Shown in pieces: positions 40,207 to 49,393 of a stretch of 64,000 nucleotides of DNA. Source of the stretch: Candidatus Latescibacterota bacterium. GTDB taxonomy: Bacteria > Latescibacterota > UBA2968. The translations under genes were made by a program, and so were the position numbers. The stretch lies in contig OZ251458.1 of NCBI GenBank assembly GCA_965242535.1, positions 4,747,203-4,811,202 on the forward strand, written 5' to 3'. Position 1 is the first letter of the stretch; every line of letters begins with the position of its first letter. The notes beneath the pieces are model-generated. The model saw nothing but the letters and a program-made list of their open reading frames with translations. It did not search any database and was not told the origin of the DNA.

Positions 40207-41184
40207 ATGAAAATTCTCATCACGGGCATCACCGGGCGCATTGGCGGCAATTTGGCAGCGCAACTCGTCGAACGGGGGCATCGGGTTCGCGGTCTCGTGT
40301 GGCCGCAAGACCCGCGCATCGAAAAATTTAAGGGCATCGACCTCGAACTCATCGAAGGCAGCTTGACCGAATTTGAAGACGTTCAAAAAGTCGTCGAAGG
40401 CGTGGATGTGATCTACCACTTGGGCGCGGCGTTTCAAGGGGGAGGCCCATTTGCGGACAACGACTATTTCGAGATCAACGTGCGCGGCACCTTCCACATG
40501 CTCAAAGCCGCCACCGCACAGGCGAATCTCGAACAATTCATCTTTGCCAGCACGGACGCGCTCTACGCCAAATATCCGCCCAAAGGCATGGACGCCCCCA
40601 TTCGAGAAGACGCCACGCGCCGCGAACCGCGCGGTTGGTATGCCCTATCCAAATCCATCGGCGAAGAAATGTGCTTGGGATATTGGCGCGCCAAAGCGTT
40701 GCCCATCACCGTCTCGCGCTTTAGCATGGTGGTCGGCGCGGGCGAAATCCTCGACTTCCCCCAATTCTACTTGAGCAAACTCAAAGACCAGCCCGAACTC
40801 AAAGCCCTGTGGCGCGGCGAAGAACGCCTGTTGCTCCTCAAAGACATGCAGGGCCGTTCGTACAAAAAACACATCGCAGACGTGCGCGACATCGTCCACG
40901 GTTGCATCTGCGCCTTGAACCGCCCAGAAGCCGTCGGGCACGTCATCCAACTCGGCGGCCCGCGGCCATTTACGTGGGACGAGGCCATCCCCTATTTGTC
41001 ACAGCGTTTGGGCATTCCGTATCGGGAAGCGGTCTTGCACGGCGCCCCCACGCATTACGAGTACGATTTGACCAAAGCGCGTACCCTGATCGGCTTTGAT
41101 CCCCAATACGACATCATTCGCATGATCGAAGACGCCATCGCGTACCGAAACGGTCAAACCATCGACGTTTTGCCCACCGCATAG
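40207..41184 (+). CDS. NAD-dependent epimerase/dehydratase (extended SDR)
   Basis: ORF trimmed to ATG 40207 (GAGGTG SD). MKILITGITGRIGGNLAAQLVERGH Rossmann motif and a YxxxK-type region. Confidence 0.7.
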   Translation: MKILITGITGRIGGNLAAQLVERGHRVRGLVWPQDPRIEKFKGIDLELIEGSLTEFEDVQKVVEGVDVIYHLGAAFQGGGPFADNDYFEINVRGTFHMLKAATAQANLEQFIFASTDALYAKYPPKGMDAPIREDATRREPRGWYALSKSIGEEMCLGYWRAKALPITVSRFSMVVGAGEILDFPQFYLSKLKDQPELKALWRGEERLLLLKDMQGRSYKKHIADVRDIVHGCICALNRPEAVGHVIQLGGPRPFTWDEAIPYLSQRLGIPYREAVLHGAPTHYEYDLTKARTLIGFDPQYDIIRMIEDAIAYRNGQTIDVLPTA

Positions 41185-41357
41185 GGACGGAATCGAAGGA
41201 TTGAAGATGGGCAGAATAAACCCCTCCACCCGGCAAGACTTGGGTGGAGGGGTCGTTTTTGGCACCTCGAAAATCTCGAGAATCTATTCGTTGTCTTCTC
41301 GCATTTCCTCTGCGTTTATCCGCATTTATCCGCGGTTGCTTTCCGATCCTTCCCGCC

Positions 41358-43640
41358 CTACTCCTCGCCAACCGAAAACGACGTTTCCCAAGCGATAGCG
41401 ATGCTTCCGTCTCTTGCCAACCGCCCGGTTCGGATCCGGGCGATGTCGTAGTCCGGGAGTGGGATCGTCACCATGCACTTGTCGTCGAACCGCCGACCGT
41501 AATTTCTGAACTTAAAAATAACCTGGTCGAATCCTGAGTGCCGGTGCTGGGGGACGAGGTCATTTGCATCCCGGGGGAAGATGTGCAGAAAGACGCGCTC
41601 CCTGCGGCTCAAAATGCACGGGTCTTTGACGTAAGTCAATCCGTTCTCGCCGAGATACACATCGAGGTCCGCGCGGATGATCGGCTCGCCGGAGGTGAGG
41701 GATTCGTAGTCTGTCCGATAGTCTTTTTCGCTTTTTTGTAGGACCTGTCTCACGCCGCCATCCGCGTCAAATGCGATCTCTACTTCCCAAGCCCCTGCAT
41801 TTCTAACTCGCTGTCCGATGTTGAGGGCGAGGAGATCGTATTCGGGCAGTTTCAGTAGCCCACCGCAGGCATCCCCAGTTGAGAAGATCCTGAAACCCGA
41901 AAGATTAAAGCCAACCAGCCTTCCTACGGGGCGAAGGTCCGCGCGGTTGACCGGCGTCAGCGCGATCTGGAACCGGTCTTTGTCCTCCTCGCTACATGCT
42001 GTTTTCGCATAGATGAGAAAGTTCTGATAGCGGTACACATCGAAGGGAGCGCGGGCGAGGAGTTCGCCTTTTTCGCCCGTTTGGATGCTGCCGTCGGGCT
42101 CTCGCAGTAACCATCGGAGCGCGTCAGAGGGGTTGCGACCCATAATTTCGCGGTGCATAAAAAACGGCAAGTCGGCCAGGATCGTCAAATTTTTCTCCGC
42201 GTACTCCGCGTACTTAAAAAACCCGTCATGTCTCGTTGCCCGCGCCAATTCGATAAACGCGGTGACAGAGCCAACGCAGAGCACGCCGGCCAAACCCACA
42301 AGGGCGAGACGCCGCCATGTCGGCCCTTCTCGAATGATGTTCACGCGATGGCGTGCCAAAACGTCGGCGCAATAGGAGCAGAGCAGAAACAGCGAGGGCA
42401 ACGGTGATCGCAGAATCAAGACATTGTTGGCCCCGTATTTATACCACGGCAGCAGGAGCAAGGTGGCGATACTCGCGACAAAGAACGGATCGCGGCGCAA
42501 ACCGGGATGTAACAGCAAAAGCAGAACGGCGATCGGCAAGAACTCGATCAGGTAGAACAGCGACATAGAGCGCGGAATCGACGACCATTCGTGCCCTTCT
42601 ATTGAATAGCCGAACCGAAAATCCAGCGATCCGCTCGTCAAGTAGAGCACCATGAGTCCGGCCAGCGGTAAAGAGAGCAGCAGGTTGGGCCAACGCAGAA
42701 ACGGCCGGATGCCGTTTTTAAAGAGCGCGACCGCGAGCAGAGGCAACAAACCGATGGCGACAACGGCCGACCAAAAGGGCGCCACCGCCAGCAGGATGCC
42801 GCTCACCGCCAAAAAACGCGGGTGCCTGCACAGGTCGCGCAACAACAGCGCGTAGAGCCCGGCCGAGATGAAATGATGGGGAGCCCACATCAATGTCGTC
42901 ATAGTGGATGAGTATTGCAACATGAGGATCCAGTACCATTCAATGTGGTTTTTCCCCACGTCGAGGCCGGGCCAACCGTGATAGTCGACGCGCAAATCGA
43001 TCCAGTTCCACCCTTCGAACAGAATCACGCGCACGATATCCATGCCGCTGAAAAAAATGAGAATCAGCGCGCCCAACGCGATGCCATAGCCGCGCAGGTG
43101 CCGAGTGAACAGCGCCAGGATGAGGGCAACGCCGATCCCAATCCACAGCGGCACCGCCCAGTTCAACGCCGCCGGCCCGAGCAGGCGCGCGGCCAACCCC
43201 GGCACCATAAAACAGCCGAGATAGTAGCGCAACAAGGACAGGTATTTTTCGGTTTGAGCCGGCGCGTTGGCCGTGAGCAGATCCGTGAGCGGATCCGGAA
43301 GATAGGCGGGCCATGGGTAGCGGCCGAGCTCGATCAGCAGTATTCGGCGATAACGCCAGTCCCCGTTGTAGAGGTCGAACACGCCACCTGCGGCGGTCAC
43401 CATCACCCAGCCAAACGCCACCGCCAAGAGCGCGATCGTGCGAGGGCGCAATCGCAACCGCCAAGACCCCGAGAGAGCACGGCGCAACGCGAGCAAGACA
43501 AGCGCGGAGACCGGGATGCCAACCCCCCATTCAAACCAGCCCACCAAAAAGACGATCACCGGCAGCATCAGGTAAGCGATAGCCAAGCGATGCAACAACG
43601 GCAGGTCGCCTCCGGCGATCTCGCTGTGTCGTTTTGTCAT
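41358..43640 (-). CDS. polytopic membrane protein with a duplicated C-terminal soluble domain shared with the adjacent glycosyltransferase
   Basis: ATG 43640 (MTKRHSEIAGG). 10 or more hydrophobic helices. The C-terminal about 260 aa contain two copies of a DVY..Y..(L)TYVKDPC / DKCMVTIPLPDYDIARIRTG module. Confidence 0.5.
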   Translation of the reverse strand: MTKRHSEIAGGDLPLLHRLAIAYLMLPVIVFLVGWFEWGVGIPVSALVLLALRRALSGSWRLRLRPRTIALLAVAFGWVMVTAAGGVFDLYNGDWRYRRILLIELGRYPWPAYLPDPLTDLLTANAPAQTEKYLSLLRYYLGCFMVPGLAARLLGPAALNWAVPLWIGIGVALILALFTRHLRGYGIALGALILIFFSGMDIVRVILFEGWNWIDLRVDYHGWPGLDVGKNHIEWYWILMLQYSSTMTTLMWAPHHFISAGLYALLLRDLCRHPRFLAVSGILLAVAPFWSAVVAIGLLPLLAVALFKNGIRPFLRWPNLLLSLPLAGLMVLYLTSGSLDFRFGYSIEGHEWSSIPRSMSLFYLIEFLPIAVLLLLLHPGLRRDPFFVASIATLLLLPWYKYGANNVLILRSPLPSLFLLCSYCADVLARHRVNIIREGPTWRRLALVGLAGVLCVGSVTAFIELARATRHDGFFKYAEYAEKNLTILADLPFFMHREIMGRNPSDALRWLLREPDGSIQTGEKGELLARAPFDVYRYQNFLIYAKTACSEEDKDRFQIALTPVNRADLRPVGRLVGFNLSGFRIFSTGDACGGLLKLPEYDLLALNIGQRVRNAGAWEVEIAFDADGGVRQVLQKSEKDYRTDYESLTSGEPIIRADLDVYLGENGLTYVKDPCILSRRERVFLHIFPRDANDLVPQHRHSGFDQVIFKFRNYGRRFDDKCMVTIPLPDYDIARIRTGRLARDGSIAIAWETSFSVGEE

Positions 43641-43644
43641 GCCA

Positions 43645-45516
43645 TTACTCCGGATGAGCAGACGCCGACGCTTTCCATCTGAAACTCGCAAGACGAGCGC
43701 TTTCCTGCCAGACCCTCTGACCGTAACGCAACCGCTGGAAGGTCGTGATGCGGGCGATGTCGTCGTTGGGAAGCGGTACGGTCGCCACGCACTTCCCATC
43801 GGATAGCGCGCCGTACCGATCAAAGGGAAAAGCGAGGGTCTCACCTCGGTCGGGGTCGATGGGAAAGATCGTCAAAAAGAACTCTCCCTGCGTATCGGCT
43901 GGGAGGCACGGTTCCTTGACATAAGTCAGCGCGCGTTCGTCGAGATAGACCTCGAACTTGGAGTCGATGATCAACTGCCCTGCTCGCTTATGGACGATGA
44001 ACTCGGCGGCCCGATCGAGATTTTGAATGAGATGGAGATTGGCACGCGGCTCGGCAATGATGTGCTCAACGCGAATCCCGTCGTCAAATTCTTCGAGCCT
44101 TTCCCAGTCCAGGGCCCGATCGTGAAGCCCGACATACCATACGCTATTTGCGTGCGACGAGACGCGGTACACATCTTCCGCACACGCTTCGAGCGGCTCG
44201 CGGCATCCCCCCCAATAGTGATTATCGGGTTTTTGCGGCACATAAAAGTTTATGGATGGCGTTGCGATAGAAGATACGTAAACCACATCTTCCTCTTGTG
44301 CGCGCGCTTCCAAAGCGGCGACGATGCCCTTGACGTCATACGTTTCGCGATATGGATTATCCGTTTTAATGGCGTCTGCGCCCGCTAGCGCAATGACGCC
44401 CACAGCCGAGCCAAACGGGATCCAACGCACCCGCACGGGCAGAAGAGCCGCTACCGAATGGAGCGCGTACCCAAACGTCAGGAAGACGATCGGTCCCAAA
44501 TAGAGGCATTGCCGAATATCGCCCACAGGATACCACTTCAGCACAGAAGCGACCATCACAGAGAGCAGGGACAACGCGAATAACAGCGGAATCGCACCCT
44601 GGCGAAAGCCCTTAAAAAAACCGAGCGCCAAGGCCGCGGCGAATGCAACGAGCAACGGCATGACGATCGGGTCCGGCAGATGGTAATTTAACAGCCATCG
44701 CGTTCGAGAAAGCGCGAACGCGAGCATTGAACCCACATCGCTATACGCGCCATCGTAGTAATACCGCGCTAAATAGGACGCGCCAAAATTTCCCGATCGC
44801 CATTGATACTGCAAGGTGACCGCGTAAGTGAGGACACACCCGACCGCGAAAAACGCGCCCGGCCAAGCGAGTGCCGTGCACCGTTTTATCCAGCCCCCTC
44901 GGCTGTTGATCAAAAGCGTCCCCAAGGCCGCCGTGGAAAAAAGCACGAGACCATACTGGACCAAGGGCGCGAAAAACAAAGCGGTGCAGAGCAAGGCCCT
45001 CTCGCCATTCCGCAGATACGCCAGCACCCCGACGAGTAGCAACGCGACGATGAGCGCGTCGACGGAGTATTCCCGCACGTCTTGGGCATGGTCTATCGCC
45101 GCACTCGAAAGCGCGGCCATCAGTGCCGCCAAAAAAGCCGCCATGCGGTGGACGCCAACGCGCGGCAGGAGAAAGAGCAACGCGAACACGGTCGCTGTAC
45201 TGGCAACTGCCGGTACGAGGCGCGCACTGAATGGCGAACGCTCCACTTTTTGCACCGCGTGCAAGACCCACGGATAGAGGATGGGCGAGGAATGGCCGCG
45301 GGTACATCTGTGGACCTGATACAATGATGGTTTTCCCGCACAATTGGCTGTCGCAGCCTCATCGAACCACAAAGAATTTTCCGACAACTCGTAGAAGCGC
45401 AGCCCCGCCGCGACGATGAGCAAAATCGCGCAAGCCACACAGTACAAATGCCCATCCCGGATGAGGCGTTGACGCCATGGACCAAAAAGGACAGACCGAT
45501 TGTTCAACTCGGACAT
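43645..45516 (-). CDS. ArnT/PMT-like (GT83/GT39-type) membrane glycosyltransferase with a C-terminal extra domain
   Basis: Early-loop acidic motif (LWFDEAATA). Multiple TM segments. C-terminal EVYLDERALTYVKEPC...DGKCVATVPLPNDDIARITTFQRL is homologous to the C-terminus of 41358..43640. Ends 4 nt before the next gene start. Confidence 0.5.
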   Translation of the reverse strand: MSELNNRSVLFGPWRQRLIRDGHLYCVACAILLIVAAGLRFYELSENSLWFDEAATANCAGKPSLYQVHRCTRGHSSPILYPWVLHAVQKVERSPFSARLVPAVASTATVFALLFLLPRVGVHRMAAFLAALMAALSSAAIDHAQDVREYSVDALIVALLLVGVLAYLRNGERALLCTALFFAPLVQYGLVLFSTAALGTLLINSRGGWIKRCTALAWPGAFFAVGCVLTYAVTLQYQWRSGNFGASYLARYYYDGAYSDVGSMLAFALSRTRWLLNYHLPDPIVMPLLVAFAAALALGFFKGFRQGAIPLLFALSLLSVMVASVLKWYPVGDIRQCLYLGPIVFLTFGYALHSVAALLPVRVRWIPFGSAVGVIALAGADAIKTDNPYRETYDVKGIVAALEARAQEEDVVYVSSIATPSINFYVPQKPDNHYWGGCREPLEACAEDVYRVSSHANSVWYVGLHDRALDWERLEEFDDGIRVEHIIAEPRANLHLIQNLDRAAEFIVHKRAGQLIIDSKFEVYLDERALTYVKEPCLPADTQGEFFLTIFPIDPDRGETLAFPFDRYGALSDGKCVATVPLPNDDIARITTFQRLRYGQRVWQESARLASFRWKASASAHPE

Positions 45517-45530
45517 AGAAGGTGCCTTTT

Positions 45531-46274
45531 TTATTCTTCCGTCTCGCCTGCTTCACGCTTCCCAAATGATATCTCGGGCATATCGTATTTGTTCACAATT
45601 ACCAGATCGGAAGTTTTGGGATGGATGAATTTTACGAGCAGGGAGACGCGGTTGTCGCTGTTTAACGAGTTCCAAAATACGTCCGCTGTTTGGCGTATAT
45701 CGTTAAATAAAACGACCGCAAACGGCTCGCCTTCAAACGAGGGCAAGGGCGCGCCATCGTCCATATACGTCGTGATGCAATGCCCCGTTCCCGGAATCGC
45801 GGTTTCGTAATTGAAGAACTGACGCGAGCAATAACGGGCATCGCCGTCGACGGTTTTCAATATTGCCAGCCGGTAGGCGTGCGCGTCTCCGGATTTGACG
45901 AGGCCGGAAATGCGCGGTGTGAAATTGGGCGCGTCGGGTTCAAAGGTGCGCGTTTGCAAGGCCGATTCAAAGGACCCAGCATTTTGCAGGGCGTGGACGA
46001 TCGTTTCTGTCTGATCGCCATTGGTGACGATATGGGCATCGCGCCAGACCGCGATGGGGTAATACAGGGTCAAGGGGTCGATGGATTGGGATTTGTCTAT
46101 GGCGTCGATTTTTACAGCATCGCCCTCGCGTACAAATATGCGATTGCGACTGCTCGCGCTACGCCCCATAATCCAATAGATCTGAACGAGAGACGCGCCA
46201 TCTGGCGTCTGCCCGATCGCGATCCCCCGCCCGGGATAGGTGGCGTTTTTTAAGCGATTCAATTCAGCACCCAT
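45531..46274 (-). CDS. IMP cyclohydrolase PurO-like protein
   Basis: N-terminal YPGRGIAIGQTPDGASLVQIYWIMGRSASSRNR matches the archaeal PurO-type start (Y.GR..VGR...G..AYRVSSRSFPNR). 247 aa. Confidence 0.5.
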   Translation of the reverse strand: MGAELNRLKNATYPGRGIAIGQTPDGASLVQIYWIMGRSASSRNRIFVREGDAVKIDAIDKSQSIDPLTLYYPIAVWRDAHIVTNGDQTETIVHALQNAGSFESALQTRTFEPDAPNFTPRISGLVKSGDAHAYRLAILKTVDGDARYCSRQFFNYETAIPGTGHCITTYMDDGAPLPSFEGEPFAVVLFNDIRQTADVFWNSLNSDNRVSLLVKFIHPKTSDLVIVNKYDMPEISFGKREAGETEE

Positions 46275-46387
46275 ACGACCTCCCGATATCCGCGATGAAT
46301 ACGCCCGAGCAATATTCGACGGATCTCACGCGAGCGCAATGGCAGTAGGTCGTCCACAGACGCCTCCTGTCGATGCGCGCCGTCCGT

Positions 46388-48307
46388 TTAATCCGCGATC
46401 CGAATCGTCCACCCGCCGCGGGGTTCGGGATTTTTGACCGTCAGCGCGATTCGCCGCAACACATTGCCCCACACGGATTTTAACCGCGCGTCTTCAATCG
46501 CGATCTCTTCGACCGCGAGGTCGAACAAATCGGCGTCGAAGTGCAACCGCGCAGTGCCCGATACGCGGCCCTCTGCCAATTTCGCCTCGTTCAACGCGAG
46601 CGTGCCATCGCCGCGATCTTCAACCGCACATGCGGTCAACACGTGCATGACGAGATCACCTGTGATGGCTTTCAGCGCGTATTGATCCGCGATGGTCACG
46701 CCTTCGCCGCGATCCAAGGCGACGGTTCTGACCCACGAGTCGATCCCCGCGTCGGGCGGGTACGCTCGGGCGATGTCCAGCGCGAAGGTGGCTTTTGCAT
46801 CGCTTGCCGCGTGCGACACGTCCCGCGCGGCGATATCGTAGTGATAGTCGATCCCCGCGGCGGAATACACCCGCCCGGGCATCTGCATGTAGCCGTTCAC
46901 CGTGGGCAAGGTGTGGTATTGGGATTGCATGGTCCAAATCTCGTAGCGCTCGCTGCCAAACGTCTTGGCCGTGTACGTCTCCACGCCGGCATCCACGATC
47001 ACGGGTTTGCCATCGACATAGACCACCACGTGCCCGATGTCGTTGTGGTTGTGGCTCTCGGCATTGTGCCCGCCCTTGGCGCCCACGAAAAATCCATCGG
47101 GCGATCCGGCGCGGTCGCGCGCGACGAACACCTCGATCTCGTCCAAAAACACATCGCGCGGCAGGGGCATCGCGGCCTTTGCGTCGAGGATTTCGGACAG
47201 CGAAAACAGCGCGGGCAACGCGCGCCCCATGCTGCCAAACGCTTCGGTGATGCCCTTCTCGGCGATGCCTTGGCGGCGTGCGGCCCACGCGCCCAATGCC
47301 ATCATGGATTCGTCGCCGATGCGCTTGCCATAGCCATAGACCACGCCAAAGGCGGGCATCACCACAGGCGACGCGTCGGCAAAGTTGATGAAGTATCGAT
47401 CGGCGATTTGCACGCGGTAGATGAACTTGCCGATGTTCTGAATCAGGGGATCGCCGTACACGTCTATCGCGCCATCGGTCGCGCTGTGCAGCCATTCCAA
47501 GCAGTCGTAGAGCGACGCGCCCGCGCGGCCCCAGTAGCCCGGGCCTTCGTCGCACCCGCCGTCTTTGGGATGGGGATCGATGAAATGATCCACGGTCTCC
47601 ATCGCTTTGAACGCCGCGGAAACCCGGCGCGCCTCATCGGTTTCCACCAGCAAATTCGAGGTCAGCCAGTTCGATACGATCCACGGATTCCAGTTGTTCA
47701 CGCGCGCCCCCGAATAGCCCATCCAGCCAAAATCCTCGCGTTCCGACAACGGCGTCAAAATGCGGGATTGAATTTCGCGTGTGATGCGGGGGGCGATCAG
47801 CGGCGAGACCGAGTCGAGTTGCGGCCCGAGCAAATACGCGGTCCACGCCAGCAACTCGGAGGTCTCTGCGGCGAAGAGATCGACGATCGGCTCGGCCGTA
47901 TCCGGCAACCCACTGCCGGCCTTTTGCACGCCAATGTGCGCGGGCACGCCCCAAAAGGATTCTTCGCAGATGCACCACACGCCATTTGCGATCTCGTCCA
48001 AAAATCGGCCCTCGCCCTCCGCGCATTCGGCTAAAACCAGATCGGCGAGCGCGGTGCGTCGCCCAAAACTCAGGGCTTCGTAGCGCGACCGGTTGCCATT
48101 GCGCGCATAATCCAAAAAGCGCGTTGCGGGCACGGGCGGCCAGTCAAAATTCAGGCGGTCTTCCCCTCGCGCGATTTGCGCTTGCCGCACGCGATCGGGC
48201 AACGCCTCCCACGCATCGCGCATGGACGCGGTCGGAAAGGGCCGCCAGGCATCGCGGGGAATCAAGACACCGCGCAGCATGTCTTTGGAATGGGTTTGTG
48301 AAAGCAT
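46388..48307 (-). CDS. heparinase II/III-like family protein (polysaccharide lyase-like)
   Basis: GGHNAESHNHNDIGH motif and overall about 640-aa layout (alpha/alpha toroid N-domain + beta-sandwich C-domain). AAGGAG SD. Confidence 0.6.
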   Translation of the reverse strand: MLSQTHSKDMLRGVLIPRDAWRPFPTASMRDAWEALPDRVRQAQIARGEDRLNFDWPPVPATRFLDYARNGNRSRYEALSFGRRTALADLVLAECAEGEGRFLDEIANGVWCICEESFWGVPAHIGVQKAGSGLPDTAEPIVDLFAAETSELLAWTAYLLGPQLDSVSPLIAPRITREIQSRILTPLSEREDFGWMGYSGARVNNWNPWIVSNWLTSNLLVETDEARRVSAAFKAMETVDHFIDPHPKDGGCDEGPGYWGRAGASLYDCLEWLHSATDGAIDVYGDPLIQNIGKFIYRVQIADRYFINFADASPVVMPAFGVVYGYGKRIGDESMMALGAWAARRQGIAEKGITEAFGSMGRALPALFSLSEILDAKAAMPLPRDVFLDEIEVFVARDRAGSPDGFFVGAKGGHNAESHNHNDIGHVVVYVDGKPVIVDAGVETYTAKTFGSERYEIWTMQSQYHTLPTVNGYMQMPGRVYSAAGIDYHYDIAARDVSHAASDAKATFALDIARAYPPDAGIDSWVRTVALDRGEGVTIADQYALKAITGDLVMHVLTACAVEDRGDGTLALNEAKLAEGRVSGTARLHFDADLFDLAVEEIAIEDARLKSVWGNVLRRIALTVKNPEPRGGWTIRIAD

Positions 48308-48358
48308 GATTACTCCTTTTGTTGGTCATCTACCCCGACATCACGAGAAAGGAACGCC

Positions 48359-49348
48359 ATGGCATTTAAGATCGCACAAATCGGCTCTGACGGGCATTGG
48401 AATACGGTGCTCGACGGCATCGCGCTGCTTCCAGACGCGCAGTTAATCGCATGTGCAAAAGGACGCGAGGGCGATACCCTCGATAGCGTCAAAAAGCACG
48501 CGGCATTTGGCGCGCACACCCGCATTTATGGCGATTATCGCGAGATGCTCGACTCGGAGGACATCGACTTGGTCGGCATTTGCCGGCCGTATTCGCTCAA
48601 CGTCGAAGCGTCCATCGCCGCGGCGCGACGCGGGATCGACATCGCCAGCGAAAAACCCGTTGCGACCACATTGGCGGATTTGGACGCGCTCGAAACCGCG
48701 GTCAAAGACAGCGGCATTCGCCTCACCGCCATGTTTGGGACGCGCCTATCGCCCGCTTTTCGCGCGGCACACAACGCGGTGCGAGAGGGGCTGATCGGCG
48801 AACCCATTTTGGCAACCGCGCAAAAATCCTATCGCTTTGGCACGCGCGCGGATTTTTTTAAACGGCGAGAAACCTATGGCGGGACGATCCCATGGGTCGC
48901 CATCCACGCGGTGGATTACACGCGCTGGGCGAGCGGACAGGAATACGCACAGGTCGCCGCGCTGCACGGCAACCTCGCGCATCCCGACTATCCGGGTTGC
49001 GAAGATCACGGTGGGCTTCTCTTTCGCTTTGCCAATGGCGGCACCGCCGCGATCCACTTCGATTATTTGCGCCCCGACACCGCGCCCACGCACGGCGACG
49101 ACCGCCTCCGCATCGCAGGTTCAAAGGGCGTCATCGAAGTGATCCACGACCGCGCCCACCTGATCCGATCGGGCGAAGCCCCACGCGATTTGCCCTTGGG
49201 GATCGAGGAGAATTTTCTCGTCGACCTCTACGCCGAGCGCGCGGGCAAATCCCCCCACATCATCGGCCCTGACGAAGCCATCCACGTCACGCGCATCTGC
49301 CTCTACGCCCGCGAAGCCGCGGATACGGGAAAGGTGATTGGGCTTTGA
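48359..49348 (+). CDS. Gfo/Idh/MocA-family NAD(P)-dependent oxidoreductase
   Basis: N-terminal Rossmann fold (KIAQIGSDGHW), characteristic EKP motif (DIASEKPVATTLADLD) and C-terminal alpha/beta domain. Confidence 0.8.
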   Translation: MAFKIAQIGSDGHWNTVLDGIALLPDAQLIACAKGREGDTLDSVKKHAAFGAHTRIYGDYREMLDSEDIDLVGICRPYSLNVEASIAAARRGIDIASEKPVATTLADLDALETAVKDSGIRLTAMFGTRLSPAFRAAHNAVREGLIGEPILATAQKSYRFGTRADFFKRRETYGGTIPWVAIHAVDYTRWASGQEYAQVAALHGNLAHPDYPGCEDHGGLLFRFANGGTAAIHFDYLRPDTAPTHGDDRLRIAGSKGVIEVIHDRAHLIRSGEAPRDLPLGIEENFLVDLYAERAGKSPHIIGPDEAIHVTRICLYAREAADTGKVIGL

Positions 49349-49393
49349 GCCATTGGCTTTTCTTTCTCACACTTGGAGGAGTGGGGAACGGAA

